Positions 19,191 through 29,093 are shown, counted from the first letter of the stretch. The stretch: 64,000 bases of DNA from Nitrosopumilus sp. (GCA_965223425.1 OZ245003.1:1696001-1760000); one strand, 5' to 3'. Notes: generated by a model from the letters alone, not told the origin. Translations and numbers: made by a program.

Positions 19191-19381
19191 CAAAGTGCAA
19201 AAAATGCAGTGAAGAGTTCAGCTGTGACAACCCACAGATGATCGAGGGCGTAGTCACCGAAAACATGTGTCTGTGTGCCGAATGTGGGACAGACATACTG
19301 AACAGGCAGTACGACATGGGACTGAGCGATACGTCAATGCAAATACTGTGTGATCCGCGTGAAATACTCGGTGATTTATAG
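19187..19381 (+). CDS. Small Zn-finger protein
   Basis: CKKC...CAEC; ATGA overlap. Confidence 0.6.
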   Translation: MTKCKKCSEEFSCDNPQMIEGVVTENMCLCAECGTDILNRQYDMGLSDTSMQILCDPREILGDL

Positions 19382-19500
19382 ATGACAAGCATGATCAGAC
19401 CGCTCAAACAGTCACCGGCAGAAAACACAAATCAGGAAGACGGCACCGTCTTCAACGCGGAAACAATTCCGCAAACAGATCAACAAAGGAGGTTGATAAA

Positions 19501-19767
19501 ATGAGACAGCAAACCAAACTAGAAAAACCAAAAACAAAAACACAGGATCCGGCAAACATCCCGGAAACTGCAAGAAAAATAGCGGCAATAGACCTTCTCG
19601 ACAGGCCGGACAAAGTACACATACAAAGGACGGCAGCTGCAATCGCAGTCAAATACGGAGATCAGGTATACATGGTGACATTACACCACATGGTACCGGA
19701 GACGGCACAGGTGCTGAGAACCAGTGACAATTCAATTGTCGGATTCTCGGCAGTTGCAGGCGGATAA
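19501..19767 (+). CDS. Hypothetical protein, copy 1 (target of the mini-CRISPR spacer)
   Basis: Paralog at 27768-28034; follows SD-hairpin motif. Confidence 0.7.
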   Translation: MRQQTKLEKPKTKTQDPANIPETARKIAAIDLLDRPDKVHIQRTAAAIAVKYGDQVYMVTLHHMVPETAQVLRTSDNSIVGFSAVAGG

Positions 19768-19779
19768 ACCATCCACAAC

Positions 19780-20394
19780 ATGAAAGACAGTAACATACCC
19801 AAACTGGGGGAGACAGACGGCACGTCATTTGATGAGAAGATAATCCATCAGATGTGGTTTGAGCCGCAATCACATTTCTGGTGGCTCATAGCAGAGTACG
19901 ACCCGGAAGACGATATCGCGTTTGGATTCGCAAATCTCGACTCGGATATGAACGCCGAATGGGGACACATCCCCATTTCAGAGATAAGGGGAATTGGGGC
20001 AGTACAAGACGACAAATGGAAGCCGGTAAAGTTTCCGGAAGGAAAACAGATGGCAAAAAACCGCGCATCGGCCGCCTTTTCAAATTCGCAGAAAACCGGA
20101 AGTGGGTCGGATCTGGACGGCACAGAAAATGAAATACGCCGCCTGTTTTTTAGAATCATAGAACTGCAGAAGGAAAAAAGCATTTGCAAAGAATACCATG
20201 ACAGCACATCAGATGAGGAAGTGCTTGGAATTGCCATCAGCAACTATGTGGAATGGGACGGAGAGAGAATCTTCCAGATCGCAAAATCGGCATTTGAGGA
20301 CAGCAACTTTCGCCAGTTTAACTCCGAGTTTGAGGATTTGTGGAATGCAAATGTAGATGATGTACAAGCACACATCAAGAAGCGTGACAGTTAA
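19780..20394 (+). CDS. DUF2958-like protein
   Basis: WWLIAEYDPEDDIAFGFANL...AEWG. Confidence 0.65.
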   Translation: MKDSNIPKLGETDGTSFDEKIIHQMWFEPQSHFWWLIAEYDPEDDIAFGFANLDSDMNAEWGHIPISEIRGIGAVQDDKWKPVKFPEGKQMAKNRASAAFSNSQKTGSGSDLDGTENEIRRLFFRIIELQKEKSICKEYHDSTSDEEVLGIAISNYVEWDGERIFQIAKSAFEDSNFRQFNSEFEDLWNANVDDVQAHIKKRDS

Positions 20395-20440
20395 CTCCGA
20401 GTTTGAGGATTTGCGGAATGCAAGGGGCCACTGCTGAGGC

Positions 20441-20629
20441 ATGAGGGACTTTCACATAAACAAAAAGCTGGGATGCCTTCGCATCCGGATGGCCTACAGG
20501 CGCCACGGTGCGGCATTTGAGAAGCTCTTCAACTTCTCATTGCACATTGGCAAAAACGAGCTGTTCGTATCAAGGCACTCAAAATCCCGACTGCCGAGAA
20601 TAAAATGGAACGAGTTTCAGAAAAAATGA
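20441..20629 (+). CDS. Small basic hypothetical protein
   Basis: 62-aa ORF in operon-like run. Confidence 0.45.
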   Translation: MRDFHINKKLGCLRIRMAYRRHGAAFEKLFNFSLHIGKNELFVSRHSKSRLPRIKWNEFQKK

Positions 20630-20720
20630 CTCGGCAACCGACGGCATGGAATGACTCCATGCTGCAACAAATCAACAAAGGAGGTAGACATATCAGCGCA
20701 GAAAGGGGGGCGGCTAACTA

Positions 20721-20990
20721 ATGAAACAAAATCTTCAAACATACAAACAAGAGAAAACACTCCCTGAAATTTATGTCTGCATTATCTGTGGCAACGAGAA
20801 GATATGCTACGCCAAATCTAGTGACAAACGGGAGTTGCCAGTTCATCTAAAAACCCATTGTGAAAAATGTCAGGAAGTTACACAATTTGATTATCGACAC
20901 TGGATCGATAATACGCTTTTCTTGCTGACCGCAGAGGATGAGAAAAATAAAGGATCTGGCGAAACTCAAAATCCCGACTGCCGAGAATAA
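20721..20990 (+). CDS. Zn-ribbon-like protein flanked by ~108-bp direct repeats
   Basis: CIIC...CEKC; AT-richer than neighbours. Confidence 0.6.
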   Translation: MKQNLQTYKQEKTLPEIYVCIICGNEKICYAKSSDKRELPVHLKTHCEKCQEVTQFDYRHWIDNTLFLLTAEDEKNKGSGETQNPDCRE

Positions 20991-21079
20991 AATGGAACGA
21001 GTTTCAGAAAAAATGACTCGGCAGCCAACGGCATGGAATGACTCCATGCTGCAACAAATCAACAAAGGAGGTTGATAAT

Positions 21080-21634
21080 ATGGAAGAAAAAGCAATAGAA
21101 ACAAGAATACACGAAGACAAAATACTTGAGATATACCAGGACGAGTTCCCGGAATCGCCAAGAGAATGTGACAACCTGGGAATCATGATATGCGGACACC
21201 AAAATTATGATCTTGGCGACGAGCAATATGACAAAGACACCTTCGATGGGAAGGTCTCGGCGGCAACAGAAAAACTCAACTTGCACCTGATGGACCACAG
21301 CGGGCTTTGGATGAGCACGGGACCATTTGCGATGGATCCGCAGGGATGGGATTCCGGAATAGTCGGCGTCATATACACCACCGAACAGAAAATCACAGAG
21401 ATGTTTGGGAATCGTAAAAGGCCATCAAAAGAAAAGATAGCCGGCATGCTGGAAGAAGAGGTGAAAATATACAACCAGTATCTGCAGGGAGATATATACT
21501 GCTATACGATCTCTGAAGTCAAGACATGCTCGCTTGGAGAAGAACACAAAGAAATCATCGACTCGTGCAGTGGGTTCTACAACGTTGATGACATCATAAG
21601 CGATGTCGGAGCAGAGAACTGGGAGTGCAAATAA
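21080..21634 (+). CDS. Phage/plasmid-type conserved hypothetical protein
   Basis: ESPRE.DNLG, DHSGL, WDSG.VG, YNQYLQGDIY, DSCSGFY motifs. Confidence 0.75.
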   Translation: MEEKAIETRIHEDKILEIYQDEFPESPRECDNLGIMICGHQNYDLGDEQYDKDTFDGKVSAATEKLNLHLMDHSGLWMSTGPFAMDPQGWDSGIVGVIYTTEQKITEMFGNRKRPSKEKIAGMLEEEVKIYNQYLQGDIYCYTISEVKTCSLGEEHKEIIDSCSGFYNVDDIISDVGAENWECK

Positions 21635-22201
21635 ATGCCTAACTGGTGCTATATCACACTGGAAATTACAGGCCCGGAAAAGGAGATAGACTCCATAATG
21701 AGGTCAGGGCTCGACTTTGAGAAGATACTTCCGACTCCAAAAAAACTGATAGCCCACAACTCTGCTCTCAAGGAACTGTTCCTGAGACTTGTGGCAAAAA
21801 TTAGAGGCGACAAATGGTACATGGAGGTTGCCCACCTGACTGAATCCCAAATGGCGGCAAACCTGGCAGAATACGGTCACGAGTACTGGTACTCTTGGAG
21901 GATGGAGAACTGGGGGGTAAAATGGAACCCGAAAGACGGACACAATGACATCAAAAGGGTCTCCCCAGTAAAAATCGAGGCTGCTTTAATAACTTCATGG
22001 GGTGTTCCACTCAAAATCCTACAGCACATCAGCAGGTCCCACCCCAACACAGAAATACACATCACAGACTGCGAGGAGGAATCAGGCGAGTTTGTCGGCT
22101 CATTAAAGATCCTAAACGGTGAGGTAGTCGAGGACACAGTACACAAGCCTACAGAATGCGAGCTGAGAGAACGTAACATGCTGTGCGAGGAAGGGGACTG
22201 A
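21635..22201 (+). CDS. YubB/DUF1281-like ferredoxin-fold protein
   Basis: MPNWC N-terminus, DFEKILP.P, WYSWRMENWGVKWN. Confidence 0.75.
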   Translation: MPNWCYITLEITGPEKEIDSIMRSGLDFEKILPTPKKLIAHNSALKELFLRLVAKIRGDKWYMEVAHLTESQMAANLAEYGHEYWYSWRMENWGVKWNPKDGHNDIKRVSPVKIEAALITSWGVPLKILQHISRSHPNTEIHITDCEEESGEFVGSLKILNGEVVEDTVHKPTECELRERNMLCEEGD

Positions 22202-22446
22202 TGTCCGAATTCACGCAGAAAAAGGCAAGAAATCTCATAGACACTGGAAGCATAGCCCGAATAGATGACTTTACGTTTCAGGCCAAGGCATCGACTACGG
22301 GAAAATCATACATCATAAGGAACGGGGCATGCGAGTGTCCGGGATACAGGTACCGGGACGACTGCTCCCACGTGCAGGCTGTACAGATTATGATGCGCAT
22401 AGATGAACTGGGCCTCTTGGAAAAAATAAAAAGAAAAAATGCGTAA
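22201..22446 (+). CDS. SWIM zinc-finger protein
   Basis: CECP......CSH. Confidence 0.75.
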   Translation: MSEFTQKKARNLIDTGSIARIDDFTFQAKASTTGKSYIIRNGACECPGYRYRDDCSHVQAVQIMMRIDELGLLEKIKRKNA

Positions 22447-22533
22447 AACACAGAGTATCAATTGTTTTGGTACACAAATACAAGCCGGAATTGTCTGGCT
22501 TTAAAAACAAAATCAACAAAGGAGGTTGATAAC

Positions 22534-22941
22534 ATGAAGAAATATTATGTGGAATGGCGCGACGACGACCAACAGGAAAACGATGTGGTGGAAGCTACAA
22601 CCGCCGACGAAGCAATGAAAAAAGTAACAGACGAAATGGACAAAAGAAAAGAGGACTGGACTATCAGAGAAACCGTGACAATTTTCGCGGATGAAGAAAA
22701 AACCAAGCAGTTGTTAACCAAAGAATACAACCGTGATCCTGACGAGCCAGCCTGCACAGATCCGGCGGGCCATGATTGGGAAGAATCCCAAGGCAGAACC
22801 GGTGTACCCAATTACGACACCATTGTAAGCTGGTGTGAGAAATGCAAACTCAATAAAAAGATAATTGGTGAGGAGATCCCCGACGGCTCAGCAGGCGACA
22901 TTTTTTATTCGTACGCAGAGGAGGAGGGTGAAAACCAATGA
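22534..22941 (+). CDS. Hypothetical protein
   Basis: Follows SD-hairpin motif; EPAC...HDW...CEKC. Confidence 0.7.
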   Translation: MKKYYVEWRDDDQQENDVVEATTADEAMKKVTDEMDKRKEDWTIRETVTIFADEEKTKQLLTKEYNRDPDEPACTDPAGHDWEESQGRTGVPNYDTIVSWCEKCKLNKKIIGEEIPDGSAGDIFYSYAEEEGENQ

Positions 22942-23393
22942 AATATTTTTCAGACGTAGGGCCAGCAATAGCCGAAATCAAAACACGGCTCCAAAAGGAA
23001 TCACATGCTGACATGGAATATTCCATAATGTATTATCCATTCGCAAAAGAAAAAAAACAATACTGTGTAAGTTTGGATTCAACATCATGCTCCGTTCCAC
23101 AAAACGAATATCTTAGCTTGGAAAGTCAGTATGATGATCCCACTCTAAATCATAGAGATTATGGGAAAACTGTATTCACCATAAATGCCGATACAATCAA
23201 AGCAAGATTGGCCTTCGATACAATCAAAGCAAGATTGGCCTTTGTTGGACAAATTACAATGACCGAATTCATGGAAGGGGAAATAGATTCCTGGTTTGAC
23301 GATTCCGTTACTGATGAAATAGATGAGAAAATTGCAGACGTAATGGCCGAAGTCGAACGCCTCAACAGCAGTATCAAAGAGGAGGATAACTAA
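22938..23393 (+). CDS. Hypothetical acidic protein, paralog of 23699-24247
   Basis: Shared EIK.R..ESH, YYPFA, NEY, QY.DP. Confidence 0.7.
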   Translation: MKYFSDVGPAIAEIKTRLQKESHADMEYSIMYYPFAKEKKQYCVSLDSTSCSVPQNEYLSLESQYDDPTLNHRDYGKTVFTINADTIKARLAFDTIKARLAFVGQITMTEFMEGEIDSWFDDSVTDEIDEKIADVMAEVERLNSSIKEEDN

Positions 23394-23698
23394 TGTCCAA
23401 AAAACACATCTACATTACACCACGGCAAGAACACTGGGGCGACGACGTAACATCTGTAACGATGATTGCAGACGAAAAATGTACCAAGTGCCGCGGCGAT
23501 ATGGAAATGGAAGTGGATCCAGAGACAGGTCACGGCTCCGGTGGAGTTGTTGAAGCATGACTGTCACAGATCCGAACTGTAAAAAGACAAAAATCACAAA
23601 ATAAAAATGCGTAAAACACAGTGTCAATATTTTTGGCGCGCAAATAAAAAAGCCGGAATTTTCTGGCTTGGAAAATCAACAAAGGAGGTTGAGAACTA

Positions 23699-24247
23699 AT
23701 GTCAACAGAAAAACAAAAAGAAGAACAACACAAATTTGATGATTTTGACGATGCACTTTCTGAAATAAAATCCAGAATGTGTACAGAATCACATCAGGAG
23801 ATGCAGTATGAGATAACATACTATCCGTTTGCAGAAAAGAAGGAAAAGTACCGCGTCGACTTGGTTCCAAAATCAGGAGGAACGCCGGCAAACGAATATT
23901 TCGGACTTTGGAAGCAGTATGAAGATCCCATGATGGACCATACTGACTATGCACGAGTGGTATATCACACTGGTGCGGACATGTCTGAAACTCAAAACAA
24001 CCATGAGGCGTGTAAAATCTGCATGGAGAGTCATCACAGAGAAATTGATGATGAGGGAATCTCATACATCGATCACAAATACGACGATGATCACGACTTT
24101 GAGGGATCTGGAAAATTCCAGTCATATCTAGAAGATGAGGTTGACGGCTGGTTTGATGATGCTTCTGCCAAAGTCGACGAAGAAGTAGAATCAGTCGATG
24201 AAGAAGTCGAGAAATTTCAGAAACAAATCAACGGGGAAGACAACTAA
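23699..24247 (+). CDS. Hypothetical acidic protein, paralog of 22938-23393
   Basis: Follows SD-hairpin motif. Confidence 0.7.
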   Translation: MSTEKQKEEQHKFDDFDDALSEIKSRMCTESHQEMQYEITYYPFAEKKEKYRVDLVPKSGGTPANEYFGLWKQYEDPMMDHTDYARVVYHTGADMSETQNNHEACKICMESHHREIDDEGISYIDHKYDDDHDFEGSGKFQSYLEDEVDGWFDDASAKVDEEVESVDEEVEKFQKQINGEDN

Positions 24248-24441
24248 TGTCCGCAGAAAGCCAGGCCGACAGAACATATTATGACATCGTAGCAAGGTGC
24301 ACTAACTGCAAGGAGTACGAAATTTTCACACACGATGCCCCACTTGAGGTCGGCAGCAGTCTGGATATGTACCCATGCAGCTATTGCGGCGGAAATACAG
24401 ACGATATAATCGTAACAGAATGTGCGGCGGCTAACTTATGA
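24247..24441 (+). CDS. Small Zn-ribbon protein
   Basis: CTNC...CSYC. Confidence 0.6.
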   Translation: MSAESQADRTYYDIVARCTNCKEYEIFTHDAPLEVGSSLDMYPCSYCGGNTDDIIVTECAAANL

Positions 24442-24707
24442 CCGACAAGAAAAAAATTGACAAAGCCCTGACCATTTTGGAAAAAGAGTTGGATGGTGAG
24501 GAGATAGGTGCAATAATACAGCGAACAGATTGCGGAACAGGTGAAAACCTGATCGACAAAATGAATTTTGAAGAATCCGACTCTGTTTTCAAAATCGCAC
24601 ACACACTACTTACAGAGTATAAACAAAACAAAGAAGAGTTAGACGCACATTTCAAAATGACTCGGGCAGAAATATCAGAGAATTTGGATGGGGAAGATGA
24701 AAAATGA
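24438..24707 (+). CDS. Hypothetical protein
   Basis: ATGA overlap. Confidence 0.6.
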   Translation: MTDKKKIDKALTILEKELDGEEIGAIIQRTDCGTGENLIDKMNFEESDSVFKIAHTLLTEYKQNKEELDAHFKMTRAEISENLDGEDEK

Positions 24708-24911
24708 GTCGGCTCCGCAAAGTCTGCAAGAGTATAAAAGATGTCCATGAAGACTGTGATTACGGATATATCTTCGGCCACCGCCGCTGCCACGAAGATG
24801 CCGACTCCGACATGGAGGATGCCGCAAATTGGGCAGAGCAGGTAATGGAGGCATACGACTAATGCCGGCAGAAAGCCAGATCAGATGCGCAACGCGCCCA
24901 CATACTGAGAA

Positions 24912-25196
24912 ATGACCTGGACACGGAAGATAATCGGCGACGGCATTCCCGGTGTGATAACACCAGCTGAGATACGCAATGCCATTGGAAACTATGAGAT
25001 GGCGTTTTTCAGAAAAAATGGAAAATGGCGTCTCGGACCGAATGTCCTCTCATCATACAACGGCACTGAGGACTGCGGCATAGATCTGCTCCATGACACA
25101 GACGAATGTGATTTTTCAGAGGACTATACTGTCACTGATTATATCACCAGTGTCCTTGATGCACACGAAGATGCAGAAAGTGAACGGCTCCGTTGA
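24912..25196 (+). CDS. Hypothetical protein
   Basis: 94-aa ORF. Confidence 0.55.
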   Translation: MTWTRKIIGDGIPGVITPAEIRNAIGNYEMAFFRKNGKWRLGPNVLSSYNGTEDCGIDLLHDTDECDFSEDYTVTDYITSVLDAHEDAESERLR

Positions 25197-25360
25197 ATGG
25201 AGCAGTGTCCACTTGACTACATCTACAATGACTTTGTGGCAGAGTCAAAGAAATGGAACGGCTCCGTTTAATGGAGCAGTGTCCACTTGACTACATCTAC
25301 AATGACTTTGTGGCAGAGTCAAAGAAATGGAACGGCTCCGTTTAATGGAGCAGTGTCCAC
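25182..25360 (+). repeat. 74-bp tandem repeat x2.4 (31-nt palindromic unit three times, 43-nt unit twice)
   Basis: GAACGGCTCCGTT(G/T)AATGGAGCAGTGTCCAC at 25182, 25256, 25330. Confidence 0.85.
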
Positions 25361-25396
25361 CTTTCTGAAAACAGATCAACAAAGGAGGTTGATAAC

Positions 25397-25735
25397 ATGA
25401 AAAATGAAAAAACAATATTGGAACGGACCGGGTCGAAAATGAATAAAGGCGATAAGCAGTACCACCTTTTTTCAGACCCCGGACACGGATGGCTCCGTGT
25501 CAAAAAATCAGAGATAGACTCGCTGGGAATAGCAGAGAAGATCTCAAAGTACAGCCACACAAGCAAGAGATGGAAGACAAAGTACGTGTTTCTTGAGGAG
25601 GACGACGACATGGAAGTGTTCATCGCGGCAAAGAAAAAACAGAATCCCGGCTGGGAGCTTGATGCCGTAGAACACACACTGCCGGAGAGGGAATCGATAA
25701 TCCGGAGCTTTGAGACATATGACCCAAAATTCTGA
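25397..25735 (+). CDS. Phage/plasmid-type conserved hypothetical protein
   Basis: SDPGHGWL.V, ISKYS, FLEEDDD motifs. Confidence 0.75.
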   Translation: MKNEKTILERTGSKMNKGDKQYHLFSDPGHGWLRVKKSEIDSLGIAEKISKYSHTSKRWKTKYVFLEEDDDMEVFIAAKKKQNPGWELDAVEHTLPERESIIRSFETYDPKF

Positions 25736-26561
25736 AAAGGCAACAATGCTTTTGCACAAAATTGCAGAACAATTCTCACAAAAGGAATTCCCAAGAGCGT
25801 GCGCAAAGACGTTCATAACCGTGCCGGACGGGAACATTCCGTCCTCATCATGGTCCCTTGGCAACAAGATACTCATGATGATGTCAGGAACGGCAGACGC
25901 AAGGGGATACAGGCAGTGGGAAAAGGTAGGCCGACACGTCAAGAAGGGCTCAAAGGCAATATACATACTTGTCCCAATGACCAAAAAAATCGAGGACAAA
26001 AAAACGGGCGAGGAGAGGGTCGCAATGATAGGGTTCAGAGGCGCGCCCGTATTCTGCTATGAGGATACCGAAGGCCAGCGTCTCAAAACATACGAGCCCC
26101 GGGTACTTCCGCCACTGTTTGATCTTGCAAAAAAGAACGGCATTGACGTGAGATACGCAAACTCAAAGAATGGGGAATACGGCTCCATCCAACTCCATAC
26201 CAAAAAAATAACGCTCAGTACAGAGTCTCATGACACGTTTCTGCACGAGCTGATGCACTGGTACGACGGCAAAAAATACAAGCTAAAGCCAAAGCAGGAT
26301 GCCGAACAGGAGATAGTGGCACAGCTTGGCGCATGCGTTCTGGCAGAGATGTACGGGTATGACGCACGGGAGTACACGTGGAACTATGTCTCCTCATACG
26401 CAGAAACCAAGTCGCCGCAGGAGATTGGACAGAGGTGCTTCAGAGTCCTTGGCCGCGTGCAGCAGGCAGTCAACGCAATACTGTATGATGCAGACGAATG
26501 GGTGAAGGAAGCGGAAAATCCGCGTTTAAAAGAAAACCGTCCAATAGAGGTTGAAAACTGA
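25719..26561 (+). CDS. ArdC-like antirestriction protein (ssDNA-binding N-domain plus zincin HExxH)
   Basis: WSLGNKIL, RGYRQWEKVGRHVKKGSKAI, FLHELMH, EIVAQLGA. Confidence 0.75.
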   Translation: MTQNSEKATMLLHKIAEQFSQKEFPRACAKTFITVPDGNIPSSSWSLGNKILMMMSGTADARGYRQWEKVGRHVKKGSKAIYILVPMTKKIEDKKTGEERVAMIGFRGAPVFCYEDTEGQRLKTYEPRVLPPLFDLAKKNGIDVRYANSKNGEYGSIQLHTKKITLSTESHDTFLHELMHWYDGKKYKLKPKQDAEQEIVAQLGACVLAEMYGYDAREYTWNYVSSYAETKSPQEIGQRCFRVLGRVQQAVNAILYDADEWVKEAENPRLKENRPIEVEN

Positions 26562-26935
26562 TGTCGCAAGACGGCTTTGAAACCATAAAAAAGATGAAGC
26601 TGAACCACCTGCCAAACGAGGCGGAACTGGTAATGCAGAGGCAGCGAAACTCGTACATACCAAAGGACAAGTTCCAGTTCGGGATACCGACCACGTTTGT
26701 CTCACCTGAGAACGGCGAGACTGTATGGAACTCCGGGCCATCAATCCAGCTCGAGCAGATACCGGAACTCATTGAGATGCTAAGGGATGTATACGAGAGA
26801 TATTCCGGAGACAAAGATCCCAAGGCGGCAAGGACATGTACGGTTAAGGATGTGTTCAGCTCGGTGAAAAACAAACTGGATAAAATCAATCCCAAGGCGG
26901 CAAGGACATGTACGTTTGCAGATGTTGCAGAATAG
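26561..26935 (+). CDS. Hypothetical protein
   Basis: Coupled to ArdC-like gene; internal PKAARTCT duplication. Confidence 0.6.
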   Translation: MSQDGFETIKKMKLNHLPNEAELVMQRQRNSYIPKDKFQFGIPTTFVSPENGETVWNSGPSIQLEQIPELIEMLRDVYERYSGDKDPKAARTCTVKDVFSSVKNKLDKINPKAARTCTFADVAE

Positions 26936-27172
26936 AAGCAATGATGCAAATCACTGCAGGCAACGATGTTACAGTATGGCGCGCTCGATAATTACAGATG
27001 CCATGACAAAACACCCCGCCAAGATAATACATGACGCGTGGAAAATCCTGGGAATCGCCCAGGATTCCATCCGCCTAAGAAGGCACAAAAGGGCACTCAA
27101 GAAGATAAGGCGGGAACTCGTGGGAATTCTTGACTCCTAACATTTTTTAGGATGCAGGGCGAGCAAAAGAAC

Positions 27173-27319
27173 ATGTCAAAGGCAAAACAGGTCACAGATG
27201 AGAACGATCTCCGGGCAAACGAAGAATACGCAATAGAGCAGTACGAATCAGGCGCAGACCGACCAAAGTCATTTAAAACTCCTGAAGAGTTAATAGCTGA
27301 TCTTCACGAACATAAATGA
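27173..27319 (+). CDS. Putative short antitoxin (not in ORF track)
   Basis: 48 aa ending KSFKTPEELIADL, like RelB/DinJ C-termini; ATGA overlap with toxin. Confidence 0.55.
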   Translation: MSKAKQVTDENDLRANEEYAIEQYESGADRPKSFKTPEELIADLHEHK

Positions 27320-27591
27320 TTTTGTGGCATACGGAAATAACCAAACTCTTTGTGGTCAGTTACAAAAAACTTTCTTCGCGACTGCAAAAGCAAACAGATG
27401 AGGCCATACTTGCCATTGCAAAATCAGAATTCCCTGCCGATTTAGGAGTTCCAAAAAAAGGAAAGTATGGGGGATACTTTGCCTATGAGCTTGGACGGTC
27501 ATACCGATTAATCTACAAGGTTGTCAATCCACAAAAAATCATTTTGTTGGTTGTTGTAGGTGATCACAAGTCAGTATACGGCAATGACTGA
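27316..27591 (+). CDS. RelE/ParE-superfamily toxin
   Basis: T..F..SYKKL, KKGKYGGY, SYRLIY, VGDHKSVY. Confidence 0.75.
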   Translation: MILWHTEITKLFVVSYKKLSSRLQKQTDEAILAIAKSEFPADLGVPKKGKYGGYFAYELGRSYRLIYKVVNPQKIILLVVVGDHKSVYGND

Positions 27592-27767
27592 TGCAGTCTT
27601 TACTGACTGTATTATCCAAACCAGTCTTATCTTGAAACGGAAGAACCAACTGAGTGGACGGATATTGACAAAACATATGACAGTTCTGAAAAATATTTTT
27701 CAGAAAATACGGATGCAGACACTGTCTGCAAGCAACAAAAAAACAAATCAACATGGAGGTTGATAAA

Positions 27768-28034
27768 ATGAGACAGCAAACCAAACTAGAAAAACCAAAA
27801 ACAAAAACACAGGATCCGGCAAACATCCCGGAAACTGCAAGAAAAATAGCGGCAGTAGATCTTCTCAGCGGAGCAGAAAAAGTCCACATACAAAGGACGG
27901 CAGCTGCAATCGCAGTCAAATGTGAGGGACAGGTATACATGGTGACATTGCATCATATGGTGCCAGAAACTGCACAGGTGCTGAGAACCAGTGACAATTC
28001 AATTGTCGGATTCTCCGCAGTTGCAGGCGGATAA
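27768..28034 (+). CDS. Hypothetical protein, copy 2 of 19501-19767
   Basis: ~90% aa identity by eye. Confidence 0.7.
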   Translation: MRQQTKLEKPKTKTQDPANIPETARKIAAVDLLSGAEKVHIQRTAAAIAVKCEGQVYMVTLHHMVPETAQVLRTSDNSIVGFSAVAGG

Positions 28035-28049
28035 ACCATTCATAGCAGC

Positions 28050-28571
28050 ATGGAAAACAACGGAATACCCAAACTGGAAGAGACAGACTGCACACCTTAT
28101 GATGAGAAGACCATCCATCAAAGGTATACAAACAGGGACTCGTTTACCTGGCTTATGGCAGAGTATGACCCGGAGACTGAGACATACTTTGGATTTGCAA
28201 ACCTGAATTCAGATATTGATGCAGAATGGGGTTTGATACCAAAGTCGGATCTTGATGCATTCAGTGCGGTGTTGGATGCAGAATGGAGTCCTGCTCCGTT
28301 CTCAAAGGCGAAGATACTGAACCAGTCGATTCACTCTCCCCTGAGAAGGATGGAGATGACAGAGGACGGGAAGATAAAGATCATAAAGGAGAACGGGAAT
28401 GCCACGTACAACTACGGATTTGTTCCGCAGGGGTACTTTCAGGTCGGGTGCATGTTTATCAAGACTGACAGAAGGGCACTCAACTATGCAAAGAAGATGA
28501 ATCCGAACTTTGAGTATGCAATAGTTGAGCGGAAGGCCATGGCGGCATCTGCAAAAAGCAGTGCAAAATAG
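28050..28571 (+). CDS. DUF2958-like protein, paralog of 19780-20394 with a different C-terminus
   Basis: TWLMAEYDPETETYFGFANL...AEWG. Confidence 0.65.
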   Translation: MENNGIPKLEETDCTPYDEKTIHQRYTNRDSFTWLMAEYDPETETYFGFANLNSDIDAEWGLIPKSDLDAFSAVLDAEWSPAPFSKAKILNQSIHSPLRRMEMTEDGKIKIIKENGNATYNYGFVPQGYFQVGCMFIKTDRRALNYAKKMNPNFEYAIVERKAMAASAKSSAK

Positions 28572-28586
28572 TACCGGCGTGAGACA

Positions 28587-29057
28587 ATGAGTGAGAAAAC
28601 AGAAGAGTTCGAGTCCTCCATGGGCTTTTTGCAGGACTGTTATTCAGCAGAGGGCGCAGATAAGCGGAAGTTAGAAGAGTTCATGGCCGCCTTTCGCAAA
28701 AGGTTCGAGGACCCGCAAATAGGAAGTACCGTGGACGAATTTTATGACCGCGAGGAGAAATGGAAGGGAATAACTGTCTCCGGGGAGGGCGGCAACACGA
28801 TTGACGGTGCTCCTGCCTTTGACTATTACGCCCCACAAGGCATGGGCATATATGACGGAAACGTCTTATTTGCCGCCCGCAGATGGCTGCTTGAGCACAA
28901 ATTTGAGGTGGAGTGGCATGATCCGGGAACGGTCTTTCTGATCAGGATCACAAAAAATGACGCCACAAGACAGCTTGCAGACATGGGGAACAGGCAGAGA
29001 AAGGCGCGCGAGAACAGTTCCCCGGAACGCATCGCCGAAGAGATCGGCATGTTCTGA
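28587..29057 (+). CDS. Hypothetical protein, paralog of 10658-11056
   Basis: Shared motifs. Confidence 0.7.
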   Translation: MSEKTEEFESSMGFLQDCYSAEGADKRKLEEFMAAFRKRFEDPQIGSTVDEFYDREEKWKGITVSGEGGNTIDGAPAFDYYAPQGMGIYDGNVLFAARRWLLEHKFEVEWHDPGTVFLIRITKNDATRQLADMGNRQRKARENSSPERIAEEIGMF

Positions 29058-29093
29058 TCTCATGGAATGTAAAAAACAAAGGGATGAATTCAC

